Source of the DNA: Eledone cirrhosa
Taxonomy: Eukaryota
Direction of reading: 5' to 3'
NCBI GenBank assembly: GCA_964016885.1
Contig: OZ024763.1
Span: 4,898,001-4,962,000 of the forward strand
DNA: 64,000 nt
Numbering within the stretch: the first letter of the stretch is position 1; each line of letters starts with the position of its first letter. The position numbers were made by a program, and so were the translations under genes. Of this stretch, positions 40,913-52,869 are shown one piece after another. The notes under the pieces are model-generated. The model was not told the origin of the DNA, ran no database searches, and saw only the letters and a program-made list of their open reading frames with translations.

Positions 40913-41315
40913 GTAGGAGGTGAGTTTTATTGTAGTACAATAAAGCAATGCAGATATCGGATAAGAAGCACTCTACAGTTTGTAGGACTGGAGTATACAT
41001 AATATAAGATCAAAAGATGGTTAAAGGAGTTCCATGTATTTTATTATGCGCATTTCAAAAACAAACATCATCATGTAATAATATTTGTGTTTTCATCAGA
41101 TAAAACAGGAGGACATGATATGAAGGCTAAAAAACACTTGTGGATAGTGCAGGATATGTTGATTTAAAACTGCACTATCCACAAGTGTTTTTTAGCCTTC
41201 ATATCATGTTCTCCTGTTTTATCTGATGAAAACACAAATATTATTACATGATGATGTTTGTTTTTGAAATGCGCATAATAAAATACATGGAACTCCTTTA
41301 ACCATCTTTTGATCT

Positions 41316-41322
<7 letters not shown>
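40910..41322. mobile_element. Hammerhead-bearing fold-back element, family A, locus 3
   Basis: Motifs at 41037-41107 (-) and 41215-41285 (+), both intact. Confidence 0.8.
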
Positions 41323-41366
<44 letters not shown>

Positions 41367-41451
41367 TATATATATATATATATATATAGATATATATATA
41401 TATATAGTGACGAAACATAAGTCAATTGCATGAACTCATAATCCTTTATTT

Positions 41452-41507
41452 ACTGCTATATATATTTCGATGATAGCCATTGAATGGCTATGACCTCATC
41501 AGGCAGT
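41452..41507 (-). ncRNA. Minimal hammerhead ribozyme, family C
   Basis: ACUGC CUGAUGA GGUC AUAGCCAU UCA AUGGCUAU CAUC GAAA UAUAUA UA GCAGU. Confidence 0.78.
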
Positions 41508-41568
41508 TAGTCAGTTCTTAGATATATCAGCCCTGTGTGTATAGTGTTGATGGTATCAGAGCCTTGGG

Positions 41569-41631
<63 letters not shown>

Positions 41632-41936
41632 TTATTATAGAAAAAAAACGAGATTATGTGAGTAACTTGTGGTTACTAGCAGCGACGCTGGTCGAAGTAC
41701 TCAATGCTGATTTGGGGTCTGTCTCTCGTTGGGTTGTGCTCATCGAAACAAGTTTCATAACAAGCTAAAAATCTGACTTCCTATTGTCTCTATCTCTCTC
41801 TCTATATATATAGGAAAAGAATCAGGACCCCGACAGCTGAGCTCTGGCTGTTTTGACTCTACTTACCCCAAGTATCAAGTACTCTGGGGCGTTAAGGTCC
41901 ATCTGGTACCTTACCACACTTCCTTCGTTATCTCTC

Positions 41937-41971
<35 letters not shown>

Positions 41972-42298
41972 CATCATTTTACGTCCGCTTTTCCCTGCTT
42001 GCAAGGGTGGGACGGGAACTGATTCTGGCTTGATTTCTACAGCTGGATGCCCTTCCTAACACCAACCTCTTTTACAGTGAGTGCTGGGTGCTTTTTTGCC
42101 GTGGCACCTCCACGACCACTTTGCAGTGGAATGATAGGGACCCCAGTCCATATCATCTCATTTCTACAGCTGAGTAAACTGGAGCAATGTGAAATAAAGT
42201 GTCTTGCTCAAGGAAACAACACATCACCTGGTCTGAGAATTGAACTCACAACCTTTCGATTGCAAGGCTAATGCTCTAACCACTAAGCCAGGTGCCTC

Positions 42299-42299
<1 letters not shown>
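41972..42299 (-). mobile_element. Same SINE family, full length
   Basis: Reverse complement of the 30361 copy with a few substitutions. Confidence 0.92.
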
Positions 42300-42365
<66 letters not shown>

Positions 42366-42901
42366 TGTGTGTGTGTGATAGAGAGGGAGAAGTGAGAAAG
42401 AGATATATAGAATCAGAATCGGACCCCAGTAATAAACTGGTACTTTTTTTTATCCACCTCAAATAGATGAAAGGCAAAATTGACCTCAATAGGATTTGAA
42501 CTCAGAGAAGAGAAAGCTGAAATGATCAGTGCAAGCCTTCTACCCAACACTCTAACAACTCAGCCAACTCCCCACCAAATATTTGTAAATAAAGGGCTAT
42601 AATTTCCTTTAATTTAGGGCAACTAATTGTATTCTTTGGCCTACTTCTCCTTCTCTTCAAGGTTCACTTGTTTTTTTTTTATCTTCTGCCAGAATGTTGT
42701 CAGCTTTCCATTATATGATACACTACAGTCTTCTACTGTACACTGTTTAATATTCTCACCTCCTCTTCTTCCCCATCTCACTCTCTCATTATATATATAT
42801 GATGATGATGATGATATATATATATATATATATGTATGTGGGTGTGTGTGTTAATGTTTCTGTGTGTGTATATATATATATATATATAATATTCGTTTCG
42901 T

Positions 42902-42950
<49 letters not shown>

Positions 42951-42952
<2 letters not shown>

Positions 42953-44093
42953 GACCCAGGAAGTGTTCTACGACTCGGAAGGTGTTCTATGACCCAGGAG
43001 GTGTTCTACGACTCAGAAGGTGTTTTATGACCCAGGAGGTGTTCTACGACTCAGAAGGTGTTCTATGACCCAGGAGGTGTTCTACGACTCGGAAGGTGTT
43101 CTCCGACCCAGAAGGTGTTCTCCGACCCAGGAGGTGTTGTACGACTCAGGAGGTGTTCTACGACTCAGAAGGTGTTCTACGACCCAGGAGGTGTTCTCCG
43201 ACCCAGGAGGTGTTCTACGACTCAGGAGGTGTTCTACGACTCAGGAGGTGTTCTCCGACTCAGGAGGTGTTCTACGACCCAGGAGGTGTTCTCCGACCCA
43301 GGAGGTGTTCTACGACTCAGGAGGTGTTCTACAACCCAGAAGGTGTTCTCCGACTCAGGAGGTGTTCTACGACCCAGAAGGTGTTCTACGACTCAGGAGG
43401 TGTTCTACAACCCAGAAGGTGTTCTCCGACTCAGGAGGTGTTCTACGACCCAGAAGGTGTTCTACGACTCAGGAGGTGTTCTACGACCCAGGAGGTGTTC
43501 TACGACTCAGGAGGTGTTCTACAACCCAGGAGGTGTTCTCCGACCCAGGAGGTGTTCTACGACTCAGAAGGTGTTCTACAACCCAGAAGGTGTTCTACGA
43601 CCCAGAAGGTGTTCTCCGACCCAGGAGGTGTTCTACGACTCAGGAGGTGTTCTACAACCCAGGAGGTGTTCTACGACTCAGGAGGTGTTCTCCGACTCAG
43701 GAGGTGTTCTACGACCCAGAAGGTGTTCTACGACTCAGGAGGTGTTCTACAACCCAGGAGGTGTTCTCCGACCCAGGAGGTATTCTCCGACCCAGAAGGT
43801 GTTCTCCGACCCAGGAGGTGTTCTCCGACCCAGGAGGTGTTCTCCGACTCAGGAGGTGTTCTACGACCCAGGAGGTGTTCTACGACCAAGGAGGTGTTCT
43901 ACGACCCAGGAGGTGTTCTACAACCCAGAAGGTGTTCTACGACCCAGGAGGTGTTCTACGATCCAGGAGGTGTTCTACAACCCAGGAGGTGTTCTACGAC
44001 CCAGGAGGTGTTCTACGACCCAGGAGGTGTTCTACGACCCAGGAGGTGTTCTACGACTCAGAAGGTGTTCTACGACCCAGGAGGTGTTCTACG
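42951..44093. repeat. 19-bp minisatellite, about 60 copies
   Basis: Unit ACGACCCAGGAGGTGTTCT. Confidence 0.97.
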
Positions 44094-44109
44094 GCTAAAC
44101 ACAACTTAC

Positions 44110-44211
44110 ATGTTACCACCGCCGGCGCCAGCTTGCTTCAACTGCGAACGTGTTTCCTCTTCTTCTTCCTTTAACTGGAAAACTCTTTCGAGACAATCTT
44201 TAAACTCCTCC
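44110..44211 (-). CDS. CFAP74: CFAP74 coding exon 3
   Basis: tttttag acceptor, gtaagt donor; EEFKDCLERVFQLKEEEEETRSQLKQAGAGGGN; 102 nt coiled-coil exon. Confidence 0.85.
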
Positions 44212-44248
44212 CTAAAAATTATTCAAACCATTATAAGGATGGTGATGG

Positions 44249-44279
<31 letters not shown>

Positions 44280-44539
44280 GATGATGGCAATGATGATGAT
44301 GTGTGTTTATATATATGTGTGTGTGAGTTCAACTCTCAGGCCAGGTGATGCATTATGTCCTTGAGCAAGACACTTTATTTCACGTTGCTTCTTTTCTGCC
44401 AGTAGATAGTATCGGCAATGGAAAATACTAATGGAAACATTGTTTCCTTGGTCCAATTTGACCAGTTCCACCACACTCGGTAAGTGAACGAGGCCTGGGA
44501 ACTGCCGATTGATTCAGTTGATCAATCAATTGAATTCAA

Positions 44540-44968
44540 TAGGTGCCCCAGCATGGCCACATTCTCAGGGGTTGCTACAATTGACACTAAATCCCTTCAA
44601 AGGTGGTGCCCCAGCATGGCCACAGTCTCAGAGGACAGTATGAGTGACCATATCCCTTCAAAGACATGCCCCAGCATGGCCAGTCTCAATAAGGCGTTGC
44701 TACAATTGACACTAAACACCTTCAAATGTGGTGCCCCAGCATGGCCACAGTTCCAACGGGCAGTATGATTGTCCATATCGCCCCAAATGTGGTGCCCCAG
44801 CATGGCCACAGTCCCAACGGACAGTATGATACAATTGTCCATTACCGCCCCAAATGTGGTGCCCCAGCCTGGCCACAGTTCCAACAGACAGTATGATACG
44901 ATTGTCCATATCGCTCCAAATGTGGTGCCCCAGCCTGGCCACAGTCTCATGACTGAAACCAGTAAAAA
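44540..44968 (+). repeat. Degenerate tandem repeat built on GGTGCCCCAGCATGGCCACAGT, about 8 copies
   Basis: Same motif and ACTGAAACCAGTAAAA end occur once, inverted, at about 25250-25292. Confidence 0.8.
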
Positions 44969-45010
44969 GCAGTAAAAGAACAAAGAGTGTATTTGTAATG
45001 AAAGACCCAC

Positions 45011-45151
45011 CATAATTGATTGAGGTTTGACTGGGACTTGTGTAAGTTGTTGTTGAGGAGTGTGAGATAGCGCTGCAGTTGGTAATACTGGTGAAGGTTT
45101 GGTTGGGGCTCCTCAGTCGTTTGGTGCTTAGTAATCTCTTCTTCAATAGTT
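45011..45151 (-). CDS. CFAP74: CFAP74 coding exon 2
   Basis: ctgcag acceptor, gtgggt donor; [10 protein letters not shown]...[25 protein letters not shown]; 141 nt, phase 2-2. Confidence 0.8.
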
Positions 45152-45173
45152 CTGCAGATAGAAGAAATACATA

Positions 45174-45238
<65 letters not shown>

Positions 45239-45255
45239 TGAGTGTGGTGAGTGTT

Positions 45256-45302
<47 letters not shown>

Positions 45303-45350
45303 GTATATATGTACATATGTATATATACATATGTATATATGTACATATAC

Positions 45351-45417
<67 letters not shown>

Positions 45418-45635
45418 TATATATATATATATGTACATATGTACATATATATATATATATATATATATGTACATATGTACATATATATATATATATGTAC
45501 ATATGTACATACATATATATATATGTATGTACATATGTATATATATATATGTACATATGTACATATATATATTTATGTACATATATACATATATATATAT
45601 GTACATATATACATATATATATATATACATATATG

Positions 45636-45671
<36 letters not shown>

Positions 45672-45677
45672 CGTATA

Positions 45678-45723
<46 letters not shown>

Positions 45724-45775
45724 CCATATACTGTACCGATTTTGTTGTTATTTCTGTTTACCTTTTACATATATT

Positions 45776-45854
<79 letters not shown>

Positions 45855-46064
45855 GAGTCCTGGGTTCAATCAGGGGTAATCAAAGTTAGTAAGGTACTCA
45901 ATACATTAGTAGAGTGTAAACAACAAATTTAGTATAGAAATGGCTTCTACAGGACTAGAACTGTTTCATCTGCAAACTGGACAAAACAATGGAGTGACAG
46001 TTTTACTTGAAATAGAAGATGTGTGAGAGAGAGGGAGGAGTGAGAGAGAGTGATAGACAAACCA

Positions 46065-46096
<32 letters not shown>

Positions 46097-46195
46097 GGAG
46101 AGAGAGAAAGAGAGAATGAAATAATGTAAGAGTTGGTTTTCAAACATTTTAAACTTTGTGACCAATCAGTTATACTTATTTCTGAAGAAACTTAC

Positions 46196-46503
46196 GTTTC
46201 ATTTGGGCTCAAGTTCATCAACAACGTTTCATCCTCCGACTCAGGGTCCCACTTCTCAAAATCACTCAACCCTTCTTCTCTTGCGCCCTGGGGCTCCATC
46301 GTTGTATCATCAGCATTGTTATTAGTATAGTTGACTTCACTGTGAATATCTGGGTACTCCATATCATCACCGAGGAGGTCACTTGACCCCTCTTGACTGA
46401 GATAATCAAGGTTAAGTTCTTCTTCAACATCTTCTTCTCCTAGTTCAGCAGACGTGCATATGGTTTCATTCCATTCTTCATCGGAACTCTCATTGCATTC
46501 CAT
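46196..46503 (-). CDS. CFAP74: CFAP74 coding exon 1 (ATG at 46503; acceptor AG at 46531-46530, so exon starts 46529)
   Basis: Acidic N-terminus MECNESSDEEWNET...; GTAAG donor at 46195; phase 2 fits the next exon. Confidence 0.75.
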
Positions 46504-46858
46504 AATGGATGCTTTTTTTTATTATTTGTCTGAATTTAATTACAAAACAAATTTTACATCAAACTTTTAATAAACACCAAAAATAGAAAAGACTCAAATT
46601 TTGAGTCGGAACATTTCAAAGATAAAATAGACATGAAGCGGGTAACACTTCTGATATGAAACTGCCTGAAATTATCCCCGGGTTTTATGGTATATAACCG
46701 TTTGTTTCAACACTTTTGATAGTAACAGACCCCCAAAACTGCCCCAATTCAATGATGACAAACCTCTTGTTTGTGTCTATGTAGCAACGAAGATATATAA
46801 TAAATACAATTAACTATTGTTAGGAACCCCACAAATATAACACATCAAAATATGTGAC

Positions 46859-46896
<38 letters not shown>

Positions 46897-47243
46897 AAGG
46901 AACAAAAAGAAAAAGGGAAACGACAAAAACAAAAAGGACCATCAATTAATCTCCAAGTGTATAAGGTGTAAGTTACGTTGAGAACTGTCAGAGGGACTCG
47001 TGTGTGTCACATTTGTAAAACAGTGCTGGGGTGAGTCATTAGCGGGCATATGGCCGTTCAGGACAACGTTGAAGAGATGAACCTCTTCTGTAAAGAAGTG
47101 ACAGTTAATATATACATAACTGCCACATCTTTACGGATATATATATATATATATATACCCATGATCGTTTGGTAAATCACTGATGAGGGACTCATTTTAT
47201 AACATGTTATCCATGTGCAACCAGCAGTATTCTTCTCACCCTA

Positions 47244-47276
<33 letters not shown>

Positions 47277-47511
47277 ATTGTTTCTACTTTTGGCACAAGG
47301 CTAGCAACTATCCAGTGCATTACTGGTACTTTATTTTATCGACACCGTAAGGATGAAAGGCAAAGTTAACCTCGGCGGGATTTATATATATATATATTAT
47401 TTATTTATGTTTATACACGGAACAAAAGCACTACAGAAGATTTCAACCCCCAGAAAAAACAAGAGGCATCTGAACAGTGACCTTTCTTCCGGCGCCGATA
47501 CAAGTTTATTT

Positions 47512-47556
<45 letters not shown>

Positions 47557-47738
47557 CAATAAGAATACAGTAAAAACCTGTTTAGATCATTACTCAACAC
47601 AGTACTCGATAGTAGAGTATGGTTATATGATAGAGTCAAGACCCCAACGGCTGAGCTCTTTCCGTTTCAACAGCGAGTTCCCGTCTGGAACTAGCTGTTG
47701 AAACAACAAGAGCTCAGCCGTTGGGGCTCCCACTCTTT

Positions 47739-47773
<35 letters not shown>

Positions 47774-47925
47774 CAATAATAAATCTGAGGCCATAGTCAT
47801 TTGGTTCAGGTGTATCAAAATACGTTCAGCAAAGCCAGCGGTCAACGTATTCGGAGCTATAATTCTAGTAAGAGGTCAACCGAACCGGGATATCTGGACT
47901 ACACATCCCTGTTTGGTTAACCCCT

Positions 47926-47970
<45 letters not shown>

Positions 47971-47979
47971 TAAACACAA

Positions 47980-48038
<59 letters not shown>

Positions 48039-48117
48039 TTCCTAGCCATAGTATATTGTACCAATATCTCCCAGCAATACATTAAACTATATCTGACCCT
48101 ATATAGTAAATACTCAC

Positions 48118-48194
48118 CCAACAAACACCGAATACTCTGTTGTTTAATTCCCAGTAATTCCCTCACTGCAATTAACAACGCTTGGTGGTTGTTT
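48118..48194 (-). other. CFAP74: Probable non-coding first exon of CFAP74 (5' end uncertain)
   Basis: Consensus donor GG|GTGAGTA at 48117 in unique sequence just downstream of an X-box; the ATG exon has its own acceptor, so an upstream exon is expected. Confidence 0.55.
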
Positions 48195-48208
48195 GTTACC
48201 AAGACAAC
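48195..48208. promoter_or_regulatory. RFX X-box (GTTACC AA GACAAC)
   Basis: Close match to the X-box inverted-repeat consensus typical of ciliary-gene promoters, at the predicted TSS of a ciliary gene. Confidence 0.7.
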
Positions 48209-48621
48209 CTAAATCAATAATGACGCCACAGTTCTCTCCCTTTGTGCAGCGTTATCGCCCTTTGATACGGACACTTTTATTTCTTAACTATAAACAGGAG
48301 AACTTGCGATGTTTAATGGAAGTGAATGTATTGTATAGTTATATATGTTTTGTTGTTTAGTCTGGGGAGGGGGAAGGAAAGGAAATGTTTCTGACGCCAC
48401 CCACCCCACTCCACCTCTACTCCCATTCCACCCCACCCCGAAAATAATGGGAGGGAGGGAGGGAGAAAGGAAAGTATTCCAGAGGGCAATAAAATAAAGT
48501 AACAGTAAAGTACTGAGCCAAGCAGAAGGTGCCACGTGGCCTAGTGATAAATATGTTGCACTTAAGATCATAATGTCGCGGGTTCGATTCCTGGGCTGGG
48601 TTGTGTGTTGTGTTCTTGTTG

Positions 48622-48674
<53 letters not shown>

Positions 48675-48778
48675 GTGTGTATGTATGTAAAAGGTAAACA
48701 GAAATAACAACACAATCGGTACAGTATATGGAATGGATTTCCATATACTGTACCGATTGTGTTGTTATTTCTGTTTAC

Positions 48779-48815
<37 letters not shown>

Positions 48816-49690
48816 CAAAGGAATTGTGGTAAGGAACCAGATGGACCATAACGCACTAGAGTACTTGAGTACTCAATACTTAGGGTAGTAGAGTGGGAAA
48901 TAGGAAAAAGTATGACCCCGACGGCAGAGCTCAAGCCGTTTCGACGGCTATTTCGAAACGGCTTAAGCTCTGCCGTCGGGGTTATCCTTTTTCCTATATA
49001 TATATATTATTTATTCTTTATCATTAAAAGTAATATAAAAAAAAAACCATATAGAATTATTTAAGATCTTTTAATCTGAATTTATTTAGAGATGAGTCTA
49101 AGTTTCAGATATGTTAGTTGGAGCCTCAGTGAAAGACTGGCTCTTCAGAGATTGAAGAGAGATTGTAGATATGAAAGTTATCCAACTTCCCATGCTTAGC
49201 TCTGATAAACATATTTTATGATTTATGTTATATATGATAAATTGATTTATGTAGATTTTTATCTATATTATCATCTTGTTTCGTGACTCTTCACCTCGAT
49301 ATTTGCTGGTATTTTACGCTCGTTTGTGCATGTGTATGTATACATACACACACGTGCATACATACATATATACATACATGCACATATATATACGTACATT
49401 CATAAATATAGACACACACACATACATACACACATATATACATACATTCATACATTCTAAGTATATATTATACAATCTAAGTGTATATCATACATTATAT
49501 ATTATACATTCTGACAGTATATATTATATATTCTGTGTGTATATATTTTACATGAACTTTATAGTCAAATTTGATCATAGAAATAGGGCCAAAACACTTG
49601 CTTAAGGAGTGGTGGTGGTTCTTCTTTGATGACTTTCTGCTGTCCAGATTTCCCGAGTGTTTCTTACTATTATATATATGACAGAAGAGT

Positions 49691-49814
<124 letters not shown>

Positions 49815-49825
49815 CATATATATAT

Positions 49826-50037
<212 letters not shown>

Positions 50038-50116
50038 TTAATGAGATATCGTTTAAGGCAATCCAAGTCGAGGTTATGAGTACTCAGTATCAAGAAGTTT
50101 CCTTAGTTGTCATAAC

Positions 50117-50175
<59 letters not shown>

Positions 50176-52231
50176 ATATAAATAAGGTATATATAAAGAA
50201 GGTATATATAAAGAAGGTATATATATATATATAAGGTATATATATAAGGTATATATATACGGTATATATATATACGGTATATATATATACGGTATATATA
50301 TAAGGTATATATATACGGTATATATATATATACGGTATATATATATACGGTATATATATATAAGGTATATATATATATATAAGGTATATATATAAGGTAT
50401 ATATATATATATATAAGATATTTATATATAAGGTATATATATAAGGTATATATATAAGGTATATATATATATAAGGTATATATAAGGTATATATGTACGG
50501 TAGATATGTGTAAACACAGTAACAATATATTCAGTCAACACAGCATAAAACAGAGATTCTCTCATTTGATATTTCTGTGTAATCTCAACACTGGAAGATG
50601 TATGAAGAACATGCAAATAGTCCTCACGTCTCTATGTGATGTATGTGTCTCTATGTCTCTATGTGATGTATGTGTCTCTATGTGATGTATGTGTCTCTAT
50701 ATGTCTATATGTGTCTCTATGTCTCTATATGTCTCTATGTGTCTCTATGTGATGTATGTGTCTCTATATGTCTCTATGTGTCTCTATGTGTCTATATGTG
50801 TCTATATGTGTCTATATGTGTCTCTATATGTCTCTATGTGTCTCTATGTGTCTATATGTGTCTCTATATGTCTCTATGTGATGCATGCGTCTCTATATGT
50901 CTCTATGTGATGTATGTGTCTATATATGTCTCTATGTGTCTCTATGTGATGTATGTGTCTCTATATATGTCTCTATGTGTCTCTATGTGATGTATGTGTC
51001 TCTATATATGTCTCTATGTGTCTCTATATCTCTATATGTCTCTATATGTGTCTATGTGATGTATGTGTCTCTATATGTCTCTATGTGTCTCTATGTGATG
51101 TATGTGTCTATATGTGTCTCTATGTGATATATGTGTCTCTATGTGCGTATCTATCTGTATGCGTCTGTGTGTCTTTGTGAGTGTGTCTGTGTGTCTGCGT
51201 GTCTGTATCTGTTTGTATCTGTGTGTGTCTGTGTGTGTGTATCTGTGTGTGTGTATCTGTGAGTGTCTGTATCTGTGTGTCTGTGTATGTGTGTCTGTGT
51301 ATCTGTGTGTGTCTGTGTGTTTGTATCTGTGTGTCTGTGTATCTGTGAGTCTGTGTGTGTCTGTGTATGTGTCTGTGTGTATCTGTGTGTGTATCTGTGT
51401 GTGTGTCTGTGTGTGTGTATCTGTGAGTGTATGTGTGTGTCTGTGTGTCTGTGTATCTGTGTGTCTGTGTATCTGTGTGTCTGTGTATCTATGTGTATGT
51501 GTCTGTGTGTGTGTGTGTCTGTGTGTATCTGTGTATCTGTGTATCTGTGTGTCTGTGTATCTGTGTGTCTGTGTGTGTGTATCTGTGTGTCTGTGTGTGT
51601 GTATATGTGTGTGTGTCTGTGTGTGTGTATCTGTGTGTCTGTGTGTGTGTATATGTGTGTGTGTCTGTGTGTGTGTATATGTGTGTGTGTCTGTGTGTGT
51701 GTATCTGTGTGTCTGTGTGTGTGTATATGTGTGTGTGTCTGTGTGTGTGTATCTGTGAGTGTCTGTGTGTGTCTGTGTGTCTGTATCTCTGTGTGTGTGT
51801 GTATCTGTGTGTCTGTGTATGTGTCTGTGTGTGTCTGTCTGTGTGTATCTGTGTGTGTGTCTCTGTGTGTGTATCTGTGTGTCTGTATCTGTGTATGTGT
51901 CTGTGTATGTGCCTGTGTGTATCTGTGAGTGTCTGTGTATGTCTGTATGTCCGTGTGTGTCTGTGTGTGTGTATCTGTGTGTGTCTGTGTATGTCTGTGT
52001 ATGTCTGTGTATGTCCGTGTATGTCTGTGAGTGTTTACTCCCACACATTGTCCTCCTCACCCCTCCCACCCCTCACTACAACACATGGAATTATCTCCAT
52101 TATAAATTAAGATAGTCATCACCGTTAATTTCATACAAAGTGGCAGACCTTAATTATGTGGCCATGTGAAAATCTAAATACTATTTTTTTTGGTTGTAAA
52201 GGGGGAAAGGCCCAGCTCTACAGGGAACTTG

Positions 52232-52790
52232 TTCTCTGTTTAATCTCATGGTTCTAGCTATGATACTACTGTGTTAAAGGAGGTTAGGCCCATCTCTGGG
52301 GATAAGATATTGCCTCTTTTCTCTGTTTAATCTCATGGTTCTAGCTATGATACTACTGTGTTAAAGGAGGTTAGGCCCATCTCTGGGGATAAGATATTGC
52401 CTCTTTTCTCTGTTTAATCTCATGGTTCTAGCTATGATACTACTGTGTTAAAGGAGGTTAGGCCCATCTCTGGGGATAAGATATTACCTCTTTTCTCTGT
52501 TTAATCTCATGGTTCTAGCTATGATACTACTGTGTTAAAGGAGGTTAGGCCCATCTCTGGGGATAAGATATTACCTCTTTTCTCTGTTCAATCTCATGGT
52601 TCTAGCTATGATGCTACTGTGTTAAAGGAGGTTAGGCCCATCTCTGGGGATAAGATATTGCCTCTTTTCTCTGTTCAATCTCATGGTTCTAGCTATGATA
52701 CTACTGTGTTAAAGGAGGTTAGGCCCATCTCTGGGGATAAGATATTACCTCTTTTCTCTGTTCAATCTCATGGTTCTAGCTATGATATTA
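52232..52790. repeat. 87-bp tandem repeat, about 6.4 copies
   Basis: Period 52241, 52328, 52415. Confidence 0.96.
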
Positions 52791-52869
52791 CTGAACAGAA
52801 CCTAGCCAGGAACCTCCAAGAGAACTTTTGCAAAGCCAAACAAAACTTCTTTCGGGCCCAGTAGTTGGG

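Noticed and set aside
43020-44364. Three overlapping ORFs of 346-422 aa
   Set aside because: Stop-free 19-bp repeat; the real exon here is on the minus strand at 44110-44211.
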